Below, in pieces: positions 23,001 to 37,700 of a DNA stretch of 64,000 bases. A program made the translations under genes and the position numbers. The stretch lies in the NCBI GenBank assembly GCA_051294905.1, contig CM119382.1:18290001-18354000 (forward strand), in the 5' to 3' direction. The stretch comes from Botryllus schlosseri (lineage: Eukaryota). The notes beneath the pieces are model-generated. The model saw only the letters and a list, made by a program, of their open reading frames with translations, was not told the origin of the DNA and did no database searches. Positions within the stretch are counted from its first letter, which is position 1, and every line of letters begins with the position of its first letter.

Positions 23001-26000
23001 ATCCTTTATTGCCGGCGCAATGAGGTCGACCTCCACTGACCGAAGAATTCAACTGTATATAAATAGCGTGCGGAAATATAGTCGCATGAGGTTGACGATA
23101 GAATTCACCGCAAACCGTTCCGAATATAATAGACTGCGATAAGGTGAGTAAGCACAATCTTCTACGTTAAACATTACAAGCTGCAACTACGTAACACAAG
23201 TCGGATGCGATACCAAGAAATCAACTGCAATATGTATATTTCGTCTGTGACCACCAACGAAGAAAACGTTTCACGTGATGGCCCACGTTAAACATGCGGT
23301 ATTGGAACCGAATCGTTCTGCGACTGCGGTAAACCATATAATTTTGGCGACTTTGTAACCACCAAGAAATATCAATCGCCGGGTTGTAATCGCAATGATA
23401 GGACGTTCATTACCTCAATTAATGTCGGTAATGGTATCAATTATATATATATTCGGTCGCAAGCATTGTTTACACAATCGAGGCCAACTTGCATTGCGAA
23501 AGCAACGCAATCCGTATTGATCAGACATATCAATAGGGATAGCTGTGTATTAGTAAGCTGGACATTGTGCACAGCATTTTTCTACACTATACCTCAACCC
23601 ATGACGATGTGTTCGTGAATACAATCGTTCCGCGAACATACGACCGGGTTTGTGAAATATTGGACTTTACTGGGCCTCTTCTATCAGAGCTCTAATCCCA
23701 AATATTATGCTATCCGCTTTGAACTCGCGCGTGAATGAATGAACGGCCAGCATGCTGCAAACAGTCCAACATGCAAAACAGATAATCTCTGAATGCCGGA
23801 ATTACAAAGCAAAATTATGTAAACCGATCGGGCGCCAGTCACATTAGTTAAAACAATTCGTGCATCGTCGACATAGTAGTATCCTCAATTTAACCTTGAA
23901 TTTATCTTCACCACATCCTCCTTTCTGGTCAATTTACGGATTATTCAAAACCAAGTATGACATCATTCTTTTAAACATATTCGTACGAAACAGGTGATAA
24001 CGACAGGCGTGACGAAACCTTTCCAATACAAAGAGTTACGTAGTCGGTCTTTTGGTGTCAAACTTTTGCGGAATGTAATCGATCTATCGATATTTCCGTC
24101 GTGTAGGATTAGCGACAAGGACAGTCCAGAATTTAAAATCTGTGACCTCTAAAATATGAACGACACTCCACGAATAGCGTAAGATACAAGTAAGCATGTA
24201 TTTTCCAGGGGACACATGAGACGTGATACTCGCGAGAGTATGTCATGACTGGTCTAACACTGGTCAAGCCTCCCGACTGCCTTTTTTTCTTTCTTATTTA
24301 AATTTCCTAGTTATACTGTTTGTAAAGAGATGGTGATTCGCAGCATTGTATACAATATAAAATCCGTTTTGTTTCGAATGCGCCTTTGCAGCCTGTATTT
24401 TCTACAGGAAAAGCAGATAAATAGGCAAACGTATAGCATGTGCTGTGCACTTTTCACTCTACACTCGAATTATGAACGCCAAATTCAAGCCATTTCCGAT
24501 TGCTCAAAAGAGAACGTATAAGTCATGGTCATGATCACTATCGCTCGCGTGTCCACAATGATGAAAACATGAAATACTTCCATACTAATTGAGAAACAAA
24601 TGACAGAACGACTGGATGTAGGCTACTTCATTAGAATGAATTATGAGCACTGTGTAGTCTGGTCGTACTGACGTCGACGAGAGTTCACCAAATGTAGCCC
24701 TGACTAGTTCATTGATCACTCAGAACGAAGTCGCCCAATATAAGAAAGGAAATCCCTTATTATTGACAGATTTAATTCGTGCTATATCAACCATTTGAAG
24801 TTGAAGCCATTACGCCACCCATGCGTGAATAAATATGAGTAAAATCGATCTGGAATAGGATTACCTCTTTTCGTTGACTTGTCCCGTGTCTTTTGTCAGT
24901 GTGAATTAGCCCCATTTTCACTCAATTGAGATTTATTGCGGTTTATCCCAGGGCGACTACGTTCGTTGTGTATATCTGCTAGCATTTGCCATGGTACTTC
25001 AATCGGCTGTTCTTGTCTATCGATAGCAACGTGAATCACTTGGTAAGGTAACGCAACGTGTGGATTATAGCCTTTGATACACTCTTCATAGTTCGGTTTC
25101 CGGACACGCATTGTTGCTGCTATTCACCAAAGCCACTCCTTTATTCCATCCCGTTATACCTCTCGTCGCGACCTCTATCGTCACAATCCGATGCATCAAA
25201 TAAAAATATGACTATCGTAATTAATAATCTCAGTATCACGTTCAGTTTCCTGTCTTTTATGGTTTGACTTGTTTGCGAATATCTGACTCATCAGTATTTG
25301 AAAGTGAGATGGGTGACTTTGTGTCAGTGGTCGTGTCCGCCAAGTTTGCATTAGCTCTAGTATTGACTTCGCCTAAAGATGGATTTATTGAGTTATGACG
25401 TCAGGAGATTATTAGGCAAGCTGCTTTGATTGTGAAGTGCTGCTGTAAACGTTTTGTTCTCTGTCGTTACGGTATATTTTTGATGATATCAGCACACTGA
25501 TTGTTTGTGATACAAGCCCAGATATCTATGATGTGATGATTTCATTACTTGATCTTAACATATACAAAATCCTAATCAGATGATGATTGATATTCGCTAT
25601 TGATTATGACATCGTTTTAAACTGACATACTCGCATTGAGACTTACACACTATGTATACACTGCGCGGTAAAAATTCACAGGCGCCACTAAAAATATCTG
25701 ATTGTTCGCCTTAGTGAGTTTCCATCATGATTGACGCTGTCAATCAAAACTACATGGGAAACTTAGCACTATAAATATAAGATATCTTCGTTGTGGTGAT
25801 TCCTGTCGATTCGAATCAAATCTCAACTTAAAGTTATCGTAGGTTCCGCGTCGAGTCATAAATGCTGCTAAGTACAAGTGCGTTACCAAACATAAAATAG
25901 AAATACTATAATATGTTTAAATTCTCCCAAATATGCAGCGATTGCATGTTATGATTGGAAGGCGGCATGCACAATTAACCGCGAAAAAAAAATCCACTCG

Positions 26001-29000
26001 ATCGGAATGCTACGTCACGATGGAGCGAGCATCTGTCACTTTGTACTGAACAAATTACAGGTTGCACAACTGTTACCATTGTTACTCTACCATGTCAAGA
26101 ACAATGACCCACTGTGTTCACAAAAGCTCGGGAAATGATCAATCGAAAGTATTAACAAGTGAAATCCGCATACTTTCAATACATAGCAACCCTGAGCTGC
26201 TTAGAACAGATATGAGTATCACGCTTATTTTATGCAAGCAAACTGACTTCCGAATTGAGATTATAATCGCGACTGCAGTATAGCATGTCTGCAGTTAGCC
26301 AGTATGCAGTTGGCTAGCTTAATTCAATCCTTCTCCACATCCACATAATTTGGTTTGACTTCTATTCATGGCGCATGCCAGCATTCGGGGGTGTTCATTT
26401 CGGAACCAAATTTTATCAACAACTACGCTGTAAAAAACGTTCTGTAAGTGGTGACAGGCAGTCCGCGCGAAACCGTGTATAACCAGGAATTTATAAATAA
26501 TTCCCATCTCACACTGCGGTACTTCAAAAGCCTAATCCTACTCGCCGTAGCAATAAGGCGTTTCCAGTGTTGCGTCAAAAATCCGATCATAAAACCCATA
26601 GCATATCACTGTGCACTGTGCAGTTAACCGAATCAAGGCGGATTTGCTGGTTTTATATTATTCAGCCATCAAAGGCTGGTTACTGCTCATGGGGATGCTG
26701 CGCGCAAAACGAACTATTAACCTTATCCATTGCCGCCTCTATGTTTCGTGTTAGGATTTGAACACCGAATTGGGAAGGTAGTTTTTGCATAATAACTCTC
26801 AGAAAAGTGCTGCCGAACCCAACAATAACTTAACCAAGTAACCAAGTTATCGAGGACCGCGGTGTTGCAACTTGAAAAACCGTATATTTGCAGTTACAGT
26901 GAATAACGCACGAGTGATACCGCATACTTTGTTGATATCAATTATGCCAACGTCGCCATTTACTGCCAGGATGGATTGTGACGCTACGAACGAAGAATAA
27001 ACAGCCACAAATCCCGTAAATTTGTTCACGGTGAGTTACCATCAACATCGCTTTCTCAAATTTTCGAAATAACCAAGTCTTTTCACAGTTTCTCAGCGTA
27101 TCTACTTCAAATGCTGGGTAGCCTGCTGTATATAGTTGGATGCCAATTCACCCCACCTCCGCCAATGCCGGTCACCGATGCAAATCCAATACCGACAGTT
27201 CAAGTCGTACAATAGGAAGTAATACCTGCTGACAGATTCCGAGTGATCCCGCATCGTTTGATAACAATTGGAAGACGCGTTGTCTGGGGTACAGAATTTG
27301 ACCTCTTGCTGATACAAACACTAGCAACCCAATGTAGACGAGGTCCGTTGAATTGAAAGGAGGTACAGCTCTGCTATGATCGAAATAGGGACATTTATCA
27401 CCGCGTATCAATGCCGCGATGTTCAAAGGAATACGTAGCTTTAGGGAAGCAATGTCCGGCAATTCACAACTTAACTACGTATATACACACCGCAAATATG
27501 TATACCTTGACATTCTGAAGTCACGTAGACATGATTACTGCGGCGGTCGCCAACACAATTTACGGAGTCGTTTAGATAATATCAATGCCACTATACCACC
27601 ACACTATCAAATTTACATCCTGAGACAGGGAAAATTCAGCAAGTTGTGCTTGCACGACATATACAATGTATCAGAGAATAGCAGATTTTTCAGGCTATAA
27701 CCAGCCCCGTATTTGAAGTTCAAATTCAAAATTCAGGACCCTCATTTCCATGGTCTGATTCTGCTTTATCCCGCCAACAAAATTACCTCGATTGCCCCTT
27801 GATTGGGTCAGTTTCAAAACTGGCGATAAATTAGTTTTTGTAACGGCCGCTACCCGAATAGTAAGAGCTAAAAAAGCTATTTCTACCGACAGGTGCGTCG
27901 TTGGTATTATCTCATAATCACTGTACTCCATAGACACATGCGTCACGTAGATTATCCGCTAATACTTGAATGGAAATTTGCCTTTTAACGCTAGCCGTCT
28001 AACGGTATTACTCATAAGATAGTGTATCCACTCCGAAAACATTTAGAAGTTGAGGGACACGAATCGGTTACGTGACTACATACTTATTGTGTACATCTAC
28101 CCATTTTGAGTTGGTATGTAAACTAGAGCTCGGCATGGACCGGAGCCGGAATGGATATCCGGCCGGATTTTCTCGTTTCTAGCCGAAGCCGGCACAGTAC
28201 TTTTTCTGATACGGCCGGAGTCGGATTAGTACTTTACAGTAAGAAGAGGACAGCCTTGTCCTCTTCCGCTCGCGAATCAATAGTCGAAGTTGGAGGAGAG
28301 AAATTGTCGATCCGTCCAGGACTAATATAAACTTGCGATCCTGCTAAAAGACAGAGTTGGAAAACTGTAAAACAGCTTTTCCGCATTAGATTAGAATTAG
28401 AATTATTGCTATACATTTTTCCATATTACATTAGAATTAGAATTAATGAATTCGTAAGTTACGTAAAATGCTCAGGAAGCATGTCAGATCGACAACGTAG
28501 GAAAATGCTGAAACCGTACAAGGTACAGGCATTAGGCAACTACTGTAGAGTGTAGATCTTAGCTTGTATTTTGGCATCACATTATAGTATGTTTACAATA
28601 TTTTCAGCTCTCAAAAAAGAATATTTTTGCTGGCGAGTGAAGCGAAAGTAGAACTGTTACGTTTGAGTTTGAAGATGTTTTACAAGTCCTTGGGAGTTGC
28701 AGGCAAAATCACCAGAACAGACACAAAACAACAAATCAAATTTATTTTTCAGATTCAGCCAATGAACACTTTGCGGCTCCCTTAACTTATTCCGATAAGG
28801 AATGATCATTTCAAACGAATTCGTGAAATTATTCTCAGGAAATATCATTGAAATTATTTATAACTGTCAAGATGCCAGGAACTTATCCGATCAATATCTC
28901 AGTTAAGTTCGAACTTTTGCCACAAAAATTGTGCAGGTCTTCACCCATAAAAAATCCCAGATGTGCAGAGAACGTCAAACAATGTTCGCAATAGCAATCA

Positions 29001-30204
29001 TGAAGATAGCGCTGGTAGGGCAATTTGTCGGCAAACCTTTATTAAACCAGCAATTCAGCACGTTTCATAGCTACAGCATATTTTATAAATATATACAATG
29101 TCTCACTTAAAATTCTTAAATGTGTAAGCAACTAGCTCGAAATGACAATAAAGACGACATTTGGGCATTTTTGAAAGTCATAGGAGGACCATTCACTTTT
29201 CTTTGGAAGCGAGGACAAATCGTCCTAAAAGGGGTCATATGATAAGCCTACGTTACAAGCACGGTTGCCTGCAAATTCTGTCGAAAATGTATACCTGCCT
29301 TTCGGTTATAATGGTTAATATTACCACGCAACAAAAGTACGTAATACATTCGTACTAGTCTTGTATATGATAGCTACAAAAGTGGCACATATCCCGTTCA
29401 CATGTCTCATGTATGAAACCCCTAACAACCACTTGCTAAAATGTCACGATCGTAAACAAAATATTTAATAGGAGTATGTTGCACATAGAAAAAACACTTA
29501 GAGCGCGATGTTGTAACGATAAGTAATTGAGCACTTCGCGATTGCTGAGCGACGGAGATAAAACATCTCAATTACCGCGGTCGCGCAATTTGGACAATTT
29601 CCTAGGCCGTTGTTTTCAAAACGGGTGAACAGTTGACGGTTTCCGTTGCACAAGCAATAATCCTATTACGGCACGCTCGAAGGCATGCTGTATAACTCGG
29701 AGTATATTTTATTTCTCTGTTTTCTTCCGGCCGTAACCCATAACACCGTAACCGTGGCGACGGAACCAACACTACAAGAACGTGGTTGCTGTCGGCATGG
29801 AAACGTGAAATAAAGCCACGAAAACTTCTCCAGGGCACCAAATTAGAATCGATCCTTTTGGGATATGAAAATCGTACCATACCTCACAGTTGCACACAGA
29901 TAACCTCATCCCACAGTAACGCCAAGATTAAACCCGCAGCATCTCATCCCTCAATACCTTACCTATAAATTGGTTTAACGTGATGACTCAGTGCAATATC
30001 AACTTGACCGTAACACTTCGTATTCCCTAGAAAGTTGTCGTCTTCGATTATGGAAATAGTAATGATGATTCGTAGTCGTGACTTAATTAATGCCTTACGG
30101 CAGAGGCTCAGTTCATTAGAATTTGTTCTATTCGACCGGCGACTAGGTAATCACTAATCATGCCTCGTTTCCATAGGGAATACAGTGGTATCAATAGGTG
30201 ACAT

Positions 30205-31781
30205 CATGGGCGCTGAACTCAGGTATGCTAGGTATGCCGCGCATACCTAGGAATATTTTTGGGTATGCCGCATACCCAGAATTCGGCTATAGGCCTGTAA
30301 CTGACTGGCTGGTGAATTGATCGATTTAGAATTAAGCAATGTACTTCGTACTGCTGCTGAACACTTCAGCAAATCAGCAGAAATACATTCCGGCGCGTAG
30401 CAAAACCCCTTCGTTTTGAAATGATCATTCTGACGCTAATATTCAGTTGTAATTCAGTCGTATTTCATCAGTGTTTTGCGCGGCCACGGCCAATTAACGA
30501 GAAGCGTTTTTCCAATTAGCGAGAATCGTTTGTGCCAATTAGCGAGAATCGTTTATGCACAAAGTAACGCAACGCGATCTCGCGCTGAGATTATTGCGAA
30601 GTCATTGATTGCCCCGCGCTCTGCAATCGTCGCTGGCCTGATTTATCGCGCCTCCATCAAGCCTAGTTCCGCTTGCTTGAAGAATCGCATCTGGAATAAG
30701 CCCTGTGCGCACTATACCATCGCTGGTCTGCACAGTGCACACGATACCATCGTTGGCCTACACAATTGCGTGTGCAATAAGCCTGTTACGAAATATATCA
30801 TCGGTAGCCTAACTATCGCGTCTCGGCCCTAGAATGCTTTGGCTCTCGATTGTGATTCAAGATTGACATCGCGAAACTGAATGACATCGAATGTCCGCAA
30901 CAGGCCGCAAGCAAGTGCGACGCGTGCGTACATGCGTAATTGATTTCCGCTAATGCTTAAACATAACCATCAGAAGATGTGTCTCAAGGTTTGAGTTACT
31001 AAAGATGTCAATTTCTATTGGGCGAAATATGGCGATTGCCATCTCCTGCTGTGCCGGAATATGATATCCGATGCGCAGGCTGGAACTATCACGTTTTCTG
31101 CGATTGTGATGTCAGACTGGCTCAGACATTGAACATGACGGAATTGATTGAAATACATACTGATCGTGAACAGACTGCGGCGTAATTGTTTTTGATTAAC
31201 GCTAACACTAAAACAGAACGATCAGAAAATGTCTTGCAGGCTCTTGATATCGAAACTTCTGACTCTGACCCTGAAATCAGAGTGACTAATGAATAGAGTC
31301 CACAGTCCAGCACAGACTTTCCATTTGTGAGAATAATTCCTGTAACTTTAGTTTATTAGCCGTCGCCAAAGATGCGTATTCGTTTGTTCTCGAGGCGAGT
31401 GATTGAAATCTCCTGATTGTCGGCGCGCGTGTTGGCGAATAGACTATGTTGCGAGCTCGCTAATTGACTGCATAGTCGGACTTGCTAGTAATCTTACAGC
31501 GTGATGTGTCGTAGTAGTGAAGAGGATTACGTGCGAGTGCGTTACACAAGGATGCTGATCCGATCAATGTATTATCTGCATTTGTGTATGTACTTAACCG
31601 TAATAAACTGATGCTACCCTGGTAAATTTGAAATGATTTCAATCAATTCCACAAGCGGCCGGCTGGCTGCGCGCCTTCTTAATACTATCGTAATTTGTCA
31701 ATTCTGACGCACTGTGACGTCAGCCCTTTGTGACGTCATCGATCCCGCATACCTAGAGAAAATTAGAGTTCAGCGCCTATG
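30205..31781. mobile_element. 1.58-kb hAT-type non-autonomous element
   Basis: TIRs CATGGGCGCTGAACTC / GAGTTCAGCGCCTATG. Perfect 8-bp TSD GGTGACAT (30197-30204, 31782-31789). Subterminal GCATACC(T/C)A motifs. Three tandem 22-23-bp units CCAATTAGCGAGAATCGTTT.. at 30490-30557. Confidence 0.88.
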
Positions 31782-34700
31782 GGTGACATACTTTTCGCTA
31801 CGTTGTGTGTCTATATAGTGAACACGTGAGCACTTAAGCAAGAGAATGTGTTTCAGTGATGGAATTGGGATGTGACCCACAAGTTGAATTGATTATATTT
31901 ATCAATCGCGCATACAGCTACACTGTACAGCAATTTCCAATTGCGGAAATCCCAGCATACGCAGGAAGTACTGCTGAGTAAATTGGCACCTCAACATTCT
32001 CAGTTGTGATGCCACGGTGAAGTGAAACAAGTAACGTGTGATCACTGGAGTGAATTTTTCTTGCACTAAAATCGTGAGAAATTGCACTTCACGTGCAGTA
32101 AATAGTTATATTCATTCACAAGCTAATTATTATGATACTCGAGTGGTTCTGTTGTGTGACCCAACAGTTTAAGATTTGAAGGGTGACCGCTAGTTCCGTT
32201 TCTTTCAATTGCATTCAATCGATCATGCATACAATTCTATGTGCTTTATGTTGGAGACCTACATGACAGCATTTCGCTGCCAGATCCTGGAGAGCTTGGC
32301 AAGACCGCCGAAAATTACAATTTTTGCCGGTACGCAGCAAGAATGACGCAAGCGGAAATACTTTTCCGCAAAAGGCCAAACATCAAAGTGATTCCCAAGC
32401 GAAAATGTATTTTTTTGGGATATCGCCTGGGTATCCGTAAATTAGGAAAGGACTCCAAATTTACTCGACAGTGAGTTAATGGACCGATCTGTATCAAAAC
32501 TTTACCTCGAAATACTTAACACAACCTGATTCTGTTTGTGTGTGCTTGGCCAAAAGCCAAGTCATACTTCCACTTCAAATTTACTTCGGGCACTGTCGTG
32601 CTTGGCTGGCGTGGTTGAGCTTCTAGCTTGCCGGCCGACTGTTGCGTCAGATATAACTAGGAGATGCAGCTAATCTATCACATAGCTCTTTGCTATGCAA
32701 ATCAAAGATGATATAACCATACTAGAAATAGTTGTATAGCATGTAAAGTTGCAAAAAGTTACAATATGTAATTCCTACAAACAGCTTAAACACAATACTA
32801 CATAAATTCTGAGTATTTAGGAAGCTGTAAAAAAAGTTGCAGAAACTTGCCCTACTGATCACGTGTCCCGTAAATAGCGACGTGATTTCCGGAATGTGAA
32901 AGTCTTTCCAGGTTTACGAGTTTGCTTCAAGTCAGATCTGATCTCGGAGGTAGTACTAAGCCGGTGACCGGTACATGATTCGCGGTACTGCGCCGGCGCG
33001 CCTATATAGCGTACAGGGCGCCAGCAATGCAAATATGCGACATACTTTATTTATCAAATGACTTGAAAGGGTCCCAATCGTTTCATGCCCCGAACTCCAG
33101 CCGTGGAAGCAGCTGGTCCGATTGAAGTAATGTACACTACCCAGCTCAATAGCATTACGCAACGTCTGTCTAGTTAGTTATCCTCTTAAACCTGCAATTA
33201 CTCCAAAGGCATTCATTAGTCAGGCTCGAGCTGACAAAAGAATCCAGCGGTACCGAAGTTCTCACGTGAGCGCTCGGAGACAACAGGTTATATAACACCT
33301 AAATCTAATAACCATCTCCGATTATTACAGGCTGAAGCTTTGCGAATTGGGAAACGGCAACCAGCCCTGACGACGAAACGTATAAAGTACTGCGGGTTGT
33401 TGCTGCGAGGTTGACACTCTCGTCATGAAATGCCTAATAACTGCCGGAATTTACGCCACCCGAGAATTCACGGAATTCCGCCCAAGGAATTTTCTCTCAT
33501 AAGAGAAGGTAATTACGGAAACTTCGCCGAGGACATTCGCGCTTGAGCCACCGCGCACGATAGATTCCTTCAGCAATATGAGCTTTGACGGATGAAAAGC
33601 AGCGATTATACCGTACAGGGGAACACAAGTCTCTCAAATGACAAAACATTGTATGAGGATTTCAAGAAATCTCGGCTATGTTATGTTTAGATTCAAAATA
33701 CCAGTGTAATGGTAAAATAAATAGTCCATTGGCTACGACAACAGTCTGTGCTTAGCCACTCAGCTTATTTTTTATCCTGGAGATTTCACAGACAATTTGC
33801 CGGTTTGCATTTTAACAGATATTACGTGGTTGTCACATAAATGCGAGAAAATTAATGTGGCGTTTTCACAAACCTGTATCTTATTATTTGTATTTGCATC
33901 GCAATGGCAATTACGATGATGTAGCTCAAGTGCTGTCATTTCGTCAGATTGTGTAGTATATTGTATTAGTTCACAAATTCGTTTCTCTTGTGTTTAAAGA
34001 CACTTCGTCACAGAAACCGAATCATGTATGCCACTCAGTGGATAATTCTCATTCTAGACTTGGCATTATAAAAACGCGGATAACGAAGTTCACTTAATCG
34101 ACGGTTAACTGCTCGTGTCAGCATCGTCAACCCATTAGAAGCGATATTCGGCCCGAGCGTTACCAGAAAAAAGTTATTAGACGAGCACCACGGTTTCAAT
34201 GTGAAACCACACACACAATATTGTCAAATCCTAATATTTGGCGACAGATCGCGTCCGCCACTCTTGTGACATGGTCAACCCATACTTAATTCATCTCATT
34301 GCTCATCGCTGCCTATTGGATTTCGAACGACCCGCTAAACGATCACATATTGCAAATACTTGAGAAATCTCATTCGGGAAATGCTAAAAGTATATATGGA
34401 TATGCGTAGTAGCTATGTATAAATGGAGTATGCCTGAGTGTTAATTTCACCTACGACTTGAACCGAAATCAAGCAATCTTCACATCTCCCATTTCTATGC
34501 ATCATTATCACATCAACCGACAAGTGCATCAGCAATATATTGAAATAATGTTGTACACGGTAAATTTTATCACGGTCTTTTAACCCGGGGCGAATTTACG
34601 CCTAGGGGTAAATTTCTACTCTATGGAATCTTGGGGTAAATTTCATCAATCAAAGCACAATATCCGGATGTATTCTCATCCCATGCAACAGGAAAACTGC

Positions 34701-37700
34701 ATAGACATTGGTTGAACATCGGGTTTGTTGGACATATATGGCATATATGGATTCAACTAATTAGGTGGACAGCACCTGCAATGGCTTGCGCAATAAACTT
34801 GGGGTCATAGGAAGATGCCGAGTAATGAGAAAGATGAATTTTACACCGTCAAATTAGAAGGGGGTTGCGATGTAATGCAACGGTGCAATCCAAGGCAATC
34901 TATTTATGCTGCGGATAGCCTGGCTCTCTTTATGTCCACTTATCTACCTACACGAATGTGGCTACTCTTCGCTTCTTGCCATTTAAATCTCCAGCACGAA
35001 ATCCAAACGACTGTGAAGCCGGCATTCGTAGTAGTGTGCATTATCCACTGTTGAACCAGGCAACGTATATATGACCCGTAGCAAAATGAAACATCGTAGC
35101 CGTATAATTCAGCGAATAGAACAGCAGCATATTGTTAAATTAGGGATATATTTGTCACCCGTTTGGTAGTAGGAGTCATTTAGTCAAAAAGGTCGAGAAT
35201 CGTTGAATTATATCGCATAGCATTACGTCAAAGTACCGGCAATGCCGGATGCCCACCTCGTGTTTGAAACTACTCACGAAATATATTTAACACGTTGCGG
35301 GATATTTGCTCCGGCTCATTTACCTGATTCTAAATAATCTTTAGAGCACGCTGAAGTACCGACTGTAATGGGATTTTTCACTCGAAACGAGTCCAGGTCA
35401 TGACTCGTGTAGGATCGAAAGACACGGACCGCTTTGATCTCACGTTTGCGACATAAATAACACGCGGCAACACGCGTTTTACGCGTAAGCGATTTCAGTT
35501 TAACGCCTAAAACGGCAACAATAACACTGACTCAAGTCGTTATACAGCGCCTCTCCAGCGTTTGGTTCTAAAGATGCATAATTGTACATCCAAAATGCAC
35601 CGTCGTGTTCAACTGATATTCATTAGGTATGCGACATCGATTTTCAAGATGTAATGTAATAACGAATAAAATAGAAGAACCTTTTAGAGAGCGATTCGTC
35701 TGGAAAAGAACTTCACTGTTATCCCAAAGTTGTGATTGCAGACAACGCTTACTTATCGTCTGATTAATTCTCAATACACCTCGCCCACTAATTCGATAAT
35801 GGTCAAGACGAGGTCTCATTCTATAAAGATCCGCGCATAGGCGACGCGCATGGACGTAACATACTCCTTGCTATTTCCGAACATATCCTATCTAAGTGAC
35901 ATTTCTAAAAACCGTGCCTAACTACCATTTTCGGTCCCTCACCTTTATTGTATATCTCAGAATTTTATTCCACTGCAAGAAAACAGTTTTCTTCAGTCCC
36001 TTTACCTAGCTAATAGCTACATGACCCAGAGATGGAAGATCGTAATCACAATCACCCATATATATATGTTTGACAGCATGCCAGTAGCGACATATAGCTA
36101 CTAGTACGTGATTAATCTGCGGTAGTGAATAATCGGAAGCGTGAGTACCCAATCGCACAGCTATATTTGTCTGATGACATTGGCAGCAGCCGCGCCTCAG
36201 CGCTTGGCCCCTTGGGGTAAATCAACGCGGTTCATTTGGTAATCTCAAGATATAAGGAAATGATGCTTTCGTAAGCTCTCTTCAGAGTCAACGCAAAGTC
36301 AGTTTATGAAGGATCCGGTAATGACCATTTGACCAGCGGACAATCAACACTATGTAACGCAAAGTCGATTAGTAGTGCGGTTACATGCAGCTTGGCGATG
36401 TCGGACTGCCTGGCTATATCTACAAATTGCCGATAATAAGGATATCGAAAGCACACCATCACCAAAAGAATGATGAGAGATTCGTGTATGATATGCGATA
36501 GCATACCGGCATGAAATCCGCCACCAAAACTGCCCTACTCAACAGAGGCAAGTGGATTAATTTAGTGAAGCATCGAGTGGGATATTACGCGCCAACACAT
36601 TATCTACCCGTCGCTGGCAACTATATTAGCGTTACTTTGCGATACGCCAAACAAACAGTGTCTTGTTGTAGCGGTAGCGATACGGAAGGATCATTATCGC
36701 TCGAAGCGCCAGACCTCGGGAAAATAAGTAGCCTGCCTTTCAGCGCAAAAATGGATTTCATCGACACAAAAGCTATAGATAGGATTGCAATGTTATGGCT
36801 GTCGAACTTACGTATGTGTTGAACATGCTACTTCACTATCTACCAGAGTCATCTACTATCATAGGAGTGCAGTTTGTACGTCGGATTCCTATGCTTTCTC
36901 GTCATTAACGGGCTTTCTTAATGACTCAGACATAATCCTCTTTCCCACAACACTTCCTTCAGCTTCACCACCATGATTTGCGTTCATGCGTCACAGTATA
37001 CTTGAATTCATACCAAGACCATCCACCTCGGTCGCAGCGCGACAGGTACTGATACACGACCGCAGTGAACCGGCGATATTTGTAGCCAACGCGAGAGAAT
37101 ATCATCTCGAAAACCGGCCGTTAGGTTCGGGACGGCTGGGCATTAAATTATACTCATGTAACCGGCGCAGCCCCCGCGGTTTCCGATTCTCGCGAAAGAG
37201 ATTCGTCTCAGTTACATTATACCGGTATTGACCGACTGCGCTTGCGCAACGGTCAGTATCTACGCACGCATGCGAACTTCAAATCACCTGAAAATTTTCG
37301 GGCATGGCTGAGCTAAAATGATACATCATTCTCAAGAGATCACCAACTATAATTATAACGCATTTCTTGTTGCTATTGCTGGTGTTATACGCGAATTGCA
37401 ACTGACCGTATATTGTCGAGAAGTGTAGCCATAGTTTAAAATGTAGCAATCGTTAACCGTTACCACTGCCTTCCAATACGTAATACTATGTAGACCTACT
37501 GAAAAGTAATATTTGATTTAGTATTTGGATTCATTTTACGATAATGCTAGAGAGGTAAACCTAAAACGGTTTGCGAGAATAGTGTATGTTGACTAGGACA
37601 TCTTTTCGGAACAAAAATTGCACCTAAACAAAAACCGAACAGCCCGCAACACCCTGATCATAGAATTACCATTGGTTGCTTGTTTGTGATATTCATGGTG

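Noticed and set aside
28657-28848. Minus-strand ORF ending FCVCSGDFACNSQGLVKHLQTQT, reminiscent of a BED zinc finger
   Set aside because: Cys spacing is wrong, the second His is missing, and no transposase sequence follows.
33355-33412. CTGACGA-C-GAAAC with partly complementary flanks, resembling a second hammerhead
   Set aside because: No stem II, no correctly placed NUH after stem III, and no adjacent Penelope coding remnant.
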